A DNA stretch of 64,000 nucleotides from an uncultured Nitrososphaerota archaeon (GCA_964408285.1 CAYOYV010000004.1:32001-96000); one strand, 5' to 3'; positions 1-8,633 are shown, counted from the stretch's first letter. The notes: generated by a model not told the origin, from the letters alone. Numbers and translations: made by a program.

Positions 1-1685
1 CTGAGGAGGAGATAATGTCAATCTTGCCCAAAGAGGCCGGCGTCAAGAGACTGATCTTCAACCACAACACGGGTGAGGTCATAGCAATCGCCACGCACCT
101 TCACATACTCGAAGCGAGTATCGAGGTGCTATCCATGGAGGTCGCAAAACGGACAGGCTGGAAGCTAATTGCCGAGATGAAGTTCCTCTCAGATTCGAAG
201 ACTTTCCTTCAGGTCCTGCATGTCCTCACTAGTCCTTCCGAATCCAGAACGAGGTTCTTGAGGGAAACCGGAGACAGGATATTCAGGATTCCTCTTTCAG
301 AGGCTCCGAGCCTTATGGTCTCATTCTTGGGCGGGGTAGAGCAGGTTGGAAGATCAAGCGTTCTCGTATCTTCGGACGAAAGCAAGGTCCTGCTCGACTC
401 AGGCGTAAATCCAGGGGCCTCCAACAGAAGTTTCTTCTTCCCAAGATTTGACTACGAATTATCCGATTTCGACTCATTGGATGCTATAGTGATCTCACAC
501 GCTCACCTTGACCATATAGGAGCACTGCCCTTCGCTATCAAATATGGATACGAGGGTCCAATCTACATGACAGAGCCTACTCTTCACCTTGTTACATTAT
601 TGCTGGAGGATCTGCATACTGTCGAAACAAGATCTGGTTCAATGCCTTTCTTTGATCTGAAGGACATCAGATCGGTGATCGAGCGCACAATAATTCTCAA
701 GTATGGACAGGTGACGGATATCTCTCCGGATCTAAGGATTACCCTGCACAACGCAGGACACATACTCGGTTCCGCAATGATCCAGCTGACTCTGGAGGAC
801 TCTGCTCATAATCTGCTATACACAAGCGACTTCAAATTGGGCAGGTCGCTCTTGCTGAATCAAGCCATATCTCATTTCGCAAGGATAGACTCCCTATTGA
901 TGGAGTCAACGTACGGTGGGGAGGGAGACATCATGCCGAATAGGGCTGAGGTCGAAGGCAGGTTGATTTCTCTCGCTAACGAAGCATTCTCGAAGGGAGG
1001 AAAAGCGCTGATTCCGACCTTGGCAGTTGGCAGAGCTCAGGAGGTGGCGCTCATACTGACTAAGGCAATGGAGAACAAGCAGATAGAAGTTGCCCCGATT
1101 TTCTTGGACGGCATGATAATGGAGGTGACTAAGGTCCATTCGGCATTTCCGGAATATCTTTCCTCTGAGCTATTCTCCCTGATAACTGAAGAGGACATTG
1201 ATCCACTCAAATCGGAATACGTCGTTCCTGTGAAGAACCAATCCGGAAGGACTGAAGCCATGTCCGAGGGAAAGGCGATCATACTTTCGACCTCAGGCAT
1301 GCTCGAGGGCGGGCCGGTTTTGGAGTATTTCCGCTTCTTAGCCCCCGATGGAAGGAACGCGATTATCTTCGTGAACTATCAGATAGAGGGAACGCTCGGT
1401 CAGAGGATCCTGTCAGGGATCAGAGATGTCCAACTCTATGATCAGGACGGCAGACTGGCAAAGGTCAACATACAGAGTCCGGTTCACAGAATGGACGGCT
1501 TATCAGGACATTCTGATAGGGCTCAATTGCTGACCTTTGCGAGAAGCGTTCTGACCGGAAGGGGGCCCCTTTTCCTGATGCATGGTGAAAGGACAAAACT
1601 CAGGACTCTGCAAAGGACCATGAACAGAATGTTCCTAGGGCGAGTACACGTCCCCAGAATATCAGAAAGGTCCCGGATCGTGTAA
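1..1685 (+). CDS. beta-CASP ribonuclease aCPSF1/FttA family (5' end lies upstream of the window)
   Basis: MBL/beta-CASP motifs HAHLDH, AGH, TSDF, ESTYG, SGHSD, HGE; the N-terminus resembles the second KH domain (ILPKEAGV...NTGEV...KRTGW), so the frame probably starts before base 1. Confidence 0.88.
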   Translation, partial: EEEIMSILPKEAGVKRLIFNHNTGEVIAIATHLHILEASIEVLSMEVAKRTGWKLIAEMKFLSDSKTFLQVLHVLTSPSESRTRFLRETGDRIFRIPLSEAPSLMVSFLGGVEQVGRSSVLVSSDESKVLLDSGVNPGASNRSFFFPRFDYELSDFDSLDAIVISHAHLDHIGALPFAIKYGYEGPIYMTEPTLHLVTLLLEDLHTVETRSGSMPFFDLKDIRSVIERTIILKYGQVTDISPDLRITLHNAGHILGSAMIQLTLEDSAHNLLYTSDFKLGRSLLLNQAISHFARIDSLLMESTYGGEGDIMPNRAEVEGRLISLANEAFSKGGKALIPTLAVGRAQEVALILTKAMENKQIEVAPIFLDGMIMEVTKVHSAFPEYLSSELFSLITEEDIDPLKSEYVVPVKNQSGRTEAMSEGKAIILSTSGMLEGGPVLEYFRFLAPDGRNAIIFVNYQIEGTLGQRILSGIRDVQLYDQDGRLAKVNIQSPVHRMDGLSGHSDRAQLLTFARSVLTGRGPLFLMHGERTKLRTLQRTMNRMFLGRVHVPRISERSRIV

Positions 1686-1737
1686 ATATGTGCTTAACTT
1701 TATATTCGGTCAAGAACCCCTGCCGGGGTGAATTACC

Positions 1738-1962
1738 GTGTTCTCGGAGCCTGCGCTTCAGTCGCTCGAAAGATCTCTGGGAAAGAACATAATGCTCAGA
1801 TTGAAGGGCGGAGGAGGAATCAGAGGAACATTGCTTGGCTTCGACGCTCATATGAACCTAGTGCTTAGCGATGCTGAGGAGATCTTCAAGGACAATGCAA
1901 AGAAGCTAGGCCTGATAATCGTGCGCGGGGACAACATAATACTCGTCTCACCTGCGGAGTAG
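1738..1962 (+). CDS. Sm-like archaeal protein (SmAP1/Lsm)
   Basis: Sm1 motif GTLLGFDAHMNLVL and Sm2 motif IIVRGDNI; sits upstream of rpl37e as is usual in archaea; TATA-like TTTATA near 1699. Confidence 0.95.
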   Translation: MFSEPALQSLERSLGKNIMLRLKGGGGIRGTLLGFDAHMNLVLSDAEEIFKDNAKKLGLIIVRGDNIILVSPAE

Positions 1963-1972
1963 GAGATCCCAA

Positions 1973-2173
1973 ATGGGAAAGTCCACTGCTGGCACAACTG
2001 CTTTCGGAAGAATGCACAAGAAGAAGATACACAAACGATGTCCACGATGCGGTAGAAGGGCCTTCAACATAAGGAAGAAGTTCTGCGCTGCCTGTGGCTT
2101 CGGAAGAGACGCTAGGATCAGGAATTATTCATGGGCGAGGAAGACACTAACAAGGTCAATGAGAGTTGTCTAG
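1973..2173 (+). CDS. rpl37e: 50S ribosomal protein L37e
   Basis: GT.AFG...KK.H.RCPRCG...CAACGFG zinc-finger pattern. Confidence 0.95.
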   Translation: MGKSTAGTTAFGRMHKKKIHKRCPRCGRRAFNIRKKFCAACGFGRDARIRNYSWARKTLTRSMRVV

Positions 2174-2840
2174 ATCCTCCAAATCCATCAAGCAGTTGCT
2201 TGCCAGGGCAATCAAGATGATCGACAGATCGCGGTCTTCCCTGAAAAAAAGGGAGCTTAGGAAGAGGGAGGTCGAGGAACTGGGAGGGACCCTTCTGAGC
2301 AATTGCAGGGAGATCGTAGCCAAAGTCAATTCCGATGACCTGCCTTCAGCGAGACGAGTACTGGCCAGATCAAAGACTTCCGTCCGCAAATTTCTGAGAA
2401 TAACTAAAGCTGATAACAAGTTCTGTGACTGGGGCTACGTTATCCAAGTCCTTCAGGAATATCTTGAGGCAAGCATGCTTTATGTGATGGCTGGAGGGAA
2501 AGACCAAGGGACCATCAATCTCATTAAGGGATTTCCAGAGCAGTCGATTTTGTATGGTTTATCTGACTTGATCGGCGAACTGAGGAGACGATTGCTGAAG
2601 GAGCTGACAAAGGGTAACATCGAAAACGCCAGATCACTCGCTTACATCATGACAGAGGTTTATGCGAAACTCGAAAGAATCAGCCTAGCCGATTCCGTCC
2701 TACCCGGTTTCAGGAGAAAACTTGACGTGAACAGAACATCCATCGACATTACCATGTCTGAGCTTTCGGAGGAAGTAAGCAGGAAAAGATTGAGAGATTC
2801 GTTGGATTCATTGCGGCAGTTGGTGGAACGAAGCGAATAA
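2166..2840 (+). CDS. Translin/TRAX (C3PO-like) family protein
   Basis: QEYLEA and YGLSDLIGELRR motifs, RRKLD C-terminal motif, all-helical character. Confidence 0.85.
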   Translation: MSRSSKSIKQLLARAIKMIDRSRSSLKKRELRKREVEELGGTLLSNCREIVAKVNSDDLPSARRVLARSKTSVRKFLRITKADNKFCDWGYVIQVLQEYLEASMLYVMAGGKDQGTINLIKGFPEQSILYGLSDLIGELRRRLLKELTKGNIENARSLAYIMTEVYAKLERISLADSVLPGFRRKLDVNRTSIDITMSELSEEVSRKRLRDSLDSLRQLVERSE

Positions 2841-2864
2841 AAACCGAGAGAGCTTCTGAGATCT

Positions 2865-3461
2865 GTGCTCAACGAGGACCGTGCGGCCAAGGCTCAATTA
2901 TCGCTGAGTAAGCTTGCAATCTTGAAGCCGCTGGACGTGTCACAAGTAAGGAGAATAGGGGCCGTCGATGTCGCATACACGCAAAATATCGGTTTGGTGG
3001 TCTATGCGGAGACGGACTTCCCTTCAATTGCCAATCTGAGGTTGGTGAAGGGCCGTTACCCGGTGAAGATACGCTATGTCTCCACCTTCTTGGGCTTTCG
3101 AGAAGGCCCTCTGATAATTAACCTGATGATCAACAAGGTCAGGGAATTGCCCGATCTTCTGTTGGTGAATGGACATGGAATGGCGCATCCAAGGCGATGC
3201 GGCCTTGCCACGCATGTGGGCATAGTCCTGCATCTGCCCACCATAGGCATATCCAAGAGGCTTATCGGAGACCCGGAGGAAAGTCTCAATAGAGCTTTCT
3301 CAAGGAGGGTGGACAGGCTCTACATAAGTCCCGGCAACATGACGACGCTTCACCAGTCAGTAGGTATTATAAGGCAGCTTCCGTTGGTGCATGGATATCC
3401 AGAACCTCTCGGGAAAGCTCACTATGAATCCAAGAAAGAAATCAAGGAATGCATACGGTAG
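2865..3461 (+). CDS. nfi: Endonuclease V family protein
   Basis: AVDVAY, Y...FLGFRE, (N)GHG.AHPRR.GLA.H.G, PTIG..K, YISPG, PEP...AH motifs. Confidence 0.9.
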   Translation: MLNEDRAAKAQLSLSKLAILKPLDVSQVRRIGAVDVAYTQNIGLVVYAETDFPSIANLRLVKGRYPVKIRYVSTFLGFREGPLIINLMINKVRELPDLLLVNGHGMAHPRRCGLATHVGIVLHLPTIGISKRLIGDPEESLNRAFSRRVDRLYISPGNMTTLHQSVGIIRQLPLVHGYPEPLGKAHYESKKEIKECIR

Positions 3462-4137
3462 AATAGCCAAGGAGTTTCTATTGCTCCTACGATTACTTAA
3501 GATGTCAAGTAATAGAGGGGAGCTAGTCACGACGGCGAGTAGGCTGGCCGAACTCGCGAACATGCCCAAGCGATCTGTATCTGCAATATTGGAGGGTTTG
3601 GCCTCTGACGGTTGGATAGTTAGGAAACTGAATAAGGAAGGAGAACGTGTTCTCCTTACATCAAAGGCCTATCATAGAATAGCACAAGAGCTGTCCGGCG
3701 TTTCCATTCCTGACATTCTGCTCAGGTCAGAGCGAACGGAGCAGACGGTCACCGGCACAGTCTTTACCGGAAAGGGAGAAGGTGCCTATTATGTCTCACA
3801 GAGGCAATACTTCATTCAGATGCAGGAAAAGCTCGGCTTCATGCCATATCCAGGTACGCTGAACCTGAGGTTGAGCGATTTTGATGATCTTAACAAGATA
3901 CTTCTTCTCCATTCGCTTCCCCCGATCAGGATAGCGGGTTTCAGCACACATGAGAGGACATTTGGAGATGTCCTCTGCCACGAGGTCCGGATAACTGGAG
4001 AGCTGAAGGTCTATTTAGCGAGATCCGAACGAACTTCCTATGACCTGACGGTTGCTGAATTGATATCAGATGTCTACCTCAGGAAGGCATTACATGTGAA
4101 GGATGGAGATCCGGTTAGGTTCTCCTTTTTCCCTTGA
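3424..4137 (+). CDS. ribK: CTP-dependent riboflavin kinase with N-terminal winged HTH
   Basis: GTVFTGKGEGAYY, LGF.PYPGTLNL, RTFG, ELIS..YLR..L..KDGD motifs; start codon uncertain (3391 or 3424). Confidence 0.9.
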   Translation: MNPRKKSRNAYGRIAKEFLLLLRLLKMSSNRGELVTTASRLAELANMPKRSVSAILEGLASDGWIVRKLNKEGERVLLTSKAYHRIAQELSGVSIPDILLRSERTEQTVTGTVFTGKGEGAYYVSQRQYFIQMQEKLGFMPYPGTLNLRLSDFDDLNKILLLHSLPPIRIAGFSTHERTFGDVLCHEVRITGELKVYLARSERTSYDLTVAELISDVYLRKALHVKDGDPVRFSFFP

Positions 4138-4591
4138 CGTTTGAGGCGATCAGATTCTTTATCGTGCTTGAATGGGACAGATATCCGTAATCGAATCTCC
4201 TGATCCTAACGAGCTTCGTCTTATGCCATTTCATTTCCTCCATGACCTCTTTTGCTTGCGAGTATATCCACTTCTGGTCGTATCCTATAGCTATGATATC
4301 GGGCTTCAGTTTCAAGATTATTCTCCTTATGCCACTTTTCAGGTCGTACGTGGAAGGTCCCAGAACCGCTCGGTCAACCGGTTTCAGGGTTCTTATCATG
4401 TATAGTCTGCTCTTTTCATCGAAAGTCGGATCGGCCCCGGTCTCACGCTTGACGAGCCTGTCCCGGGCTACAACAACGACAAGCTTTGCTCCAGGCCCTC
4501 CGGCTGCTTTAGCCCTTTCCAAGTATCTTATGTGAGCCTTGTGTATGAGGTCAAAACGACCTGAAGCAACCACGACCTTGGGCTTAGCCAT
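4115..4591 (-). CDS. ribL: Archaeal FAD synthetase (cytidylyltransferase family)
   Basis: GRFDLIHKAH (HxGH-like), VVVARD, KPDII.IGYDQ, SSTIK; convergent with ribK, 23-nt overlap. Confidence 0.85.
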   Translation of the reverse strand: MAKPKVVVASGRFDLIHKAHIRYLERAKAAGGPGAKLVVVVARDRLVKRETGADPTFDEKSRLYMIRTLKPVDRAVLGPSTYDLKSGIRRIILKLKPDIIAIGYDQKWIYSQAKEVMEEMKWHKTKLVRIRRFDYGYLSHSSTIKNLIASNVKGKRRT

Positions 4592-4607
4592 CCGTAGACG
4601 GGACAAG

Positions 4608-4625
4608 GCATAAAATAAATAAAAC
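4608..4625. promoter_or_regulatory. AT-rich TATA-like region between divergent ribL and tRNA-Lys
   Basis: taaaataaataaaa about 25-35 nt upstream of the tRNA 5' end. Confidence 0.45.
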
Positions 4626-4646
4626 TATCCGCCTGAACCTCGCCGA

Positions 4647-4782
4647 GGGCCCATAGCTCAGCATGGTAGAGCTGCAGCCTCTTAAGCTGAAGGTCGAGGG
4701 TTAGCCTGGGCATGCGGTGCTCAGACCCCGAACAAACCGATGCCTGACTGTAGGCGCTGGGAAAGTCCCTCTGGGCCCGCCA
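4647..4782 (+). tRNA. tRNA-Lys(CTT) with two non-canonical introns in the T-loop (4703-4732 at 55/56; 4737-4765 at 59/60); CCA encoded
   Basis: Acceptor GGGCCCA/TGGGCCC+GCCA; D arm GCTC-AGCATGGTA-GAGC; anticodon loop CT-CTT-AA; removing the two hairpin inserts gives T arm GAGGG-TTCAAAT-CCCTC. Confidence 0.9.
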
Positions 4783-4854
4783 CTTATCAGCAGGTTAACT
4801 ATGAGGATGTTTCTGTGAAATCAAATCGTTATCAAATAATTTCGCTCCAATGAA

Positions 4855-6048
4855 TTGATGCCAACCACTCCTAAGAGGAGCATTTTGTCTTTTCTTGAAA
4901 CCTTATCCGTCGCTCCCATCATATCCCTATTTTACCACGATAGCTGGGTTCAGCGCTTCAAGAAGGTGAGCTATATTGTCGTTCCGTTCTACGAAATCTG
5001 GGATCATAACAACCTACGCGAAGTCGTAGGACACAAGGACATTCACGATTTTCTGCATTTCGATGGTCCTGTAGGACTCTCGAGCATAGGGCCAGATGAC
5101 TACGTCGTGAGCGAGGCCTATTTCTCGGATTTCGTCAGACTATCAACCGAGAACAATTTTGACTTCGTCATCGCTTGGGACGTGCCTACATACGCCGACT
5201 GGCCTGCGGAACTGTCCTGGGAGAACGCGGTTTACGGACTTGAGCAGATAAGGAGACTAGTTAGACAGGGAATTGAAGTCATCGGTCTGCTCAACGGAAA
5301 CAGCAGAACGCAGTTTGAGAAGTGCGCCGATTCGTTGATATCGATGGGCGTTGATAGCGTAGCTGTTCACGCCTCGGATTACCTGAGGCACAGAAAGGAT
5401 TACCTTCTAGCGGGCCTTCTTCATGATTCAGTAAAGACTGCCATTTCGAGATTCAGTAGGACCTTGATTGTTGGAGCAACCGACCCATACCTCATAAAGC
5501 ATGAGGGCAAGGATCTCTTTCCGAACGTTTCAGTATGTGGGTTCAGCTGGTTCATAGACGCGCAGAATGGCTTAGCCTACAGCATCAGGGGAAGGGTCAA
5601 TACGTACGAAAACGATGCCCTTTGCAGTTGCCCTCATTGCAGTACAAGGGAACCAGCTGTGATCTCTAGGTCCGTTCCAGACAGAGTTCTTCACAATTTC
5701 TTGGTCGTTGAGAACTCAATCGAGGGAGAAACCTTTCCTAGCTTGGAGACATCAGACATAGTCCACCGGGGACAGAAGCTCGTAATGGCAAGTGATATCC
5801 ATCTTGGGACAAAGGAGAGCCTGTTGCTTCGTTTCATCGAGATGATGCGGAGGGAGAGGCCGGAAACTCTAGTCTTAGTCGGTGACACTTCCGATTTCAC
5901 CGATTATGACCCCCAACTTCTCCACGATCATGCGAAGTCTTTCTTCAGACTGTTATTTGACATCGGGTGTGAGGTGTATCCTGTTTTCGGGGCGAGGGAT
6001 AGATCAAACCACCGGAACGGCATTGATCAAGGCCGGATTGACACCTGA
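4855..6048 (+). CDS. Divergent tRNA-guanine transglycosylase (TGT)-fold protein fused to a truncated metallophosphoesterase domain
   Basis: IHDFLHFDGP (cf. LHxFMxWDGP), AWDVP, IGLLNG, CSCPHC...HN zinc site; then SDIHLG and LVGD..D phosphoesterase motifs, ending abruptly at GARD. Confidence 0.6.
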   Translation: MMPTTPKRSILSFLETLSVAPIISLFYHDSWVQRFKKVSYIVVPFYEIWDHNNLREVVGHKDIHDFLHFDGPVGLSSIGPDDYVVSEAYFSDFVRLSTENNFDFVIAWDVPTYADWPAELSWENAVYGLEQIRRLVRQGIEVIGLLNGNSRTQFEKCADSLISMGVDSVAVHASDYLRHRKDYLLAGLLHDSVKTAISRFSRTLIVGATDPYLIKHEGKDLFPNVSVCGFSWFIDAQNGLAYSIRGRVNTYENDALCSCPHCSTREPAVISRSVPDRVLHNFLVVENSIEGETFPSLETSDIVHRGQKLVMASDIHLGTKESLLLRFIEMMRRERPETLVLVGDTSDFTDYDPQLLHDHAKSFFRLLFDIGCEVYPVFGARDRSNHRNGIDQGRIDT

Positions 6049-6622
6049 TAAGAAGACACTGAACCAATATTACCATCCCTTGCCTGATGGAATTCTAAGA
6101 GATTCCGGCCTCTCGCATTACCATTTGTCCGCGACGTTCACTGAGGAAGGGTGGACAAGCCTTTCCATGAAAATTGGCGAGAAACCAAGGATTCTTGTTA
6201 GCTATGTAAGGAACATAGACGTAACTAATATCATTCCTAAAGATTTCGCCAATTCAATGGAAGTTACAAAGAAGATCACGATGGGTGAGATCCCTAGTGA
6301 GATTCGGGCTCGAATAAACATGGAGCCCTTTCCTTTGTTAGAAAGCGAAATAGGCTTGGCTAAACAAGCTTTGGATGTCCAGCCTCACGTCAATATCCTA
6401 TCGCTCTATAAGAGCAAGAACGAAAGAATCACCGTCGAATGGCGTGTGAGCCTTTATGGCCCTGAGAGGGTCCGAAGATTTACCGAAAGGATTGGCTTCC
6501 TACCGGGATCCGAAGCAGAAAGGAAGTTTGAAAAGACATGGGAAACATACGAGGAGAATAAGGACAAGAAGCTAAGTCGAAAAGACATCAAAAATATAAG
6601 AAAGAAACTCAAGGAAATCTGA
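6000..6622 (+). pseudogene. C-terminal fragment of a LAGLIDADG-type homing endonuclease-like protein
   Basis: GTALIKAGL.P.KK...PLP..I, degenerate motif HLSATFTEEG, W.VSLYG...RRF.ERIGF; no convincing start codon or first LAGLIDADG repeat. Confidence 0.55.
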
Positions 6623-6934
6623 CTACTTGGGCTTGACACTATGTTTCTCAAGGAATTCCTCGAGGTCTTCATAAGACTTAGCGCATACCGTTGGAGTCCA
6701 CCCAAGGCCAACACCGGCCTGAATCCATTTTAGGTTTCTTTCAGCTTTGTATATTAATAGCAAGAGTTCCTTTCTGTCCTTTATCTTTATTCCAAGTTTC
6801 TCAAAGAATTCCAACATCTCCCGTTCTGAAATCACATCAATCCTATAGTGTAAGAAGAGCTTCTCAAATAGCCTCCCAGCCTCCTCCTCTGAAAGCGAAC
6901 TTGAACCCTTTGTCGCGACCAATGACCGTGACAT
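6623..6934 (-). CDS. Hypothetical protein (103 aa)
   Basis: ORF with protein-like charged/helical composition; ends next to the LAGLIDADG fragment. Confidence 0.55.
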   Translation of the reverse strand: MSRSLVATKGSSSLSEEEAGRLFEKLFLHYRIDVISEREMLEFFEKLGIKIKDRKELLLLIYKAERNLKWIQAGVGLGWTPTVCAKSYEDLEEFLEKHSVKPK

Positions 6935-7045
6935 CTAGCATTCTTCCATATGAATTGATTTTTATGGGCATCATCCACGATCAACGCGTCATGTTTAAGG
7001 GCATTGTTTTTATCATTACGTTTTGATAAGTAGGTCGTTATCTAG

Positions 7046-8119
7046 ATGTCCCAAGAGTCCCGACTGACATGGGCCCTCAAAATCCCCAAAACGGGCTACG
7101 AGAAGGTCCGGCCCACGCTAAGAATTCTTGGTATACTGGATCCAGAGTATGAGCCACGGGTGGAGGGAGATTACATATTCGTGCCGGCAATTCGAAATGC
7201 ATACAGTTCAAACCTAGACAAAATACCCATCATGACGGAGATAGTGCAGAGGCAGCTCAAACTTAGGAAAAGAAGACCAAAGGATCTAAGGGATGCTCTG
7301 TCCGCTATTCTCCCCAAGGAGGTTCTAAGGGACTTCAGGAGATCCTTTGACATAGTAGGAGACACCGTCATCATAGAACCCACGGACATTATGAAAATCC
7401 ATAGAAGCCAGATGGTGGAGGCCCTAAGGTCAATCCATCCAAACATCCGGATGATATTAGCCAAGACATCACCGATTTCCGGAGAGGAAAGGATAGCTTC
7501 GTATGAAACTTGGTTCGGAGAAGGCCCAACGGAGACAATCCACAAGGAGCACGGCTGTACCTATCTTCTAGATATGACCAAGGTATTCTTCACTCCCAGG
7601 CTATCCACTGAAAGGAAAAGGGTAGCCTCTTTAGTCGGGCAAGGTGAGGCTATCTGCGATCTATTCGCAGGAATCGGTCCTTTCTCAATACTCATAGCGA
7701 AAACCCAGATTAGCTGCAAGGTATTTGCATGTGACATCAATCCAGCAGCCTATGAATACCTATCGAGGAATGTCTCTCTGAACAAGGTGGCATCAAGGGT
7801 AAAGCCATTCCTTGGAAACGCGAGGGCGCTGGCCTCAAGCAGACTCAAACGAACTGCAGATAGGGTGATAATGAATCTTCCCAAGGGGGCCGAGCTATAT
7901 CTGGACGTCGCATTAGATGCTCTAAGCGAAAAAGGTGGGGTGATTCACCTGTACCTCTTCAGGTCAGAACAAGAGGATGGGAAACGCAGAGTTGACCAGA
8001 TAACATCAGAAATGTGTGGATTGGGGGCATCAGATGTTCAGGTGCTTCTACACAAGAAGGTAAGAGAGGTGGCTCCATTTCTTTACAACGAGGTCGTAGA
8101 TCTCAGAGTCACCACATAA
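7046..8119 (+). CDS. trm5: tRNA (guanine-37-N1) methyltransferase, aTrm5 family
   Basis: SFDIVGD, TIHKEHGC, FF.PRLSTER, DLFAGIGPF, DINP.A, IMNLPK. Confidence 0.9.
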   Translation: MSQESRLTWALKIPKTGYEKVRPTLRILGILDPEYEPRVEGDYIFVPAIRNAYSSNLDKIPIMTEIVQRQLKLRKRRPKDLRDALSAILPKEVLRDFRRSFDIVGDTVIIEPTDIMKIHRSQMVEALRSIHPNIRMILAKTSPISGEERIASYETWFGEGPTETIHKEHGCTYLLDMTKVFFTPRLSTERKRVASLVGQGEAICDLFAGIGPFSILIAKTQISCKVFACDINPAAYEYLSRNVSLNKVASRVKPFLGNARALASSRLKRTADRVIMNLPKGAELYLDVALDALSEKGGVIHLYLFRSEQEDGKRRVDQITSEMCGLGASDVQVLLHKKVREVAPFLYNEVVDLRVTT

Positions 8120-8163
8120 TTTTATCTTCCCTGTGGCTTGAGCGCAAAGAGCACTCTGCGAGT

Positions 8164-8592
8164 TCATTGGAAGGTCTCCAGCTCCATGGACATCTTCGTT
8201 TCCGGGGATCTGAGAGCCGAGATTATTCTCCTATCGATGTCCGACGCCGACCTATCGCAATTCAAGCAAACTGTCCTATCGTCGATGAAATCACTCTTCC
8301 TAAAAACCAAGGAGGTCGTGCTCTCAATGTTCAGCGCCGTTGATCCAATTCCCCAGATCACATCGCACAGGTTGCCTACTCTTATTGTAGTCCTCAATCT
8401 GGCGCCCCGTTTCAAGGACCGTTTCAATTCCTGGTCCAGATGAGAGGCGGCCTTACTGGCCGCAACTGCAATTATACACGTCCCCCTTCTTCCAAGCTCT
8501 TCTTCCCTTGTCACTTCAAAGGTCGTTCTGTGAATGCCCCTGACATTCCGGTGGCCGGAGGCTTCGATCTTATCGAAGGCCAAGCGCTGCAT
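8164..8592 (-). CDS. DUF371 family protein
   Basis: GHRNVRG.HRTTFEVT.E..L..RG.CII.V.A and VFRKSDFIDDRT motifs. Confidence 0.85.
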   Translation of the reverse strand: MQRLAFDKIEASGHRNVRGIHRTTFEVTREEELGRRGTCIIAVAASKAASHLDQELKRSLKRGARLRTTIRVGNLCDVIWGIGSTALNIESTTSLVFRKSDFIDDRTVCLNCDRSASDIDRRIISALRSPETKMSMELETFQ

Positions 8593-8633
8593 TACTAACC
8601 CATATATCCGGGCAGATTTGAGCTTAATAGAGT

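Noticed and set aside
4855-5730. Calling the TGT-like ORF a functional archaeosine TGT or DpdA
   Set aside because: Both catalytic Asp motifs appear absent, there is no PUA domain, and no preQ0 synthesis or dpd genes are nearby.
5882-6000. ORF-track start of the 246-aa ORF
   Set aside because: The first ~40 codons overlap the phosphoesterase frame and look like shadow translation; only the part after ~6000 is LAGLIDADG-like.
4766-7045. attR direct repeat of the tRNA 3' end bounding the islet
   Set aside because: I found no second copy of CCCTCTGGGCCCGCCA by eye; TGGGCCC near 7070 lies inside trm5 and is too short to count.
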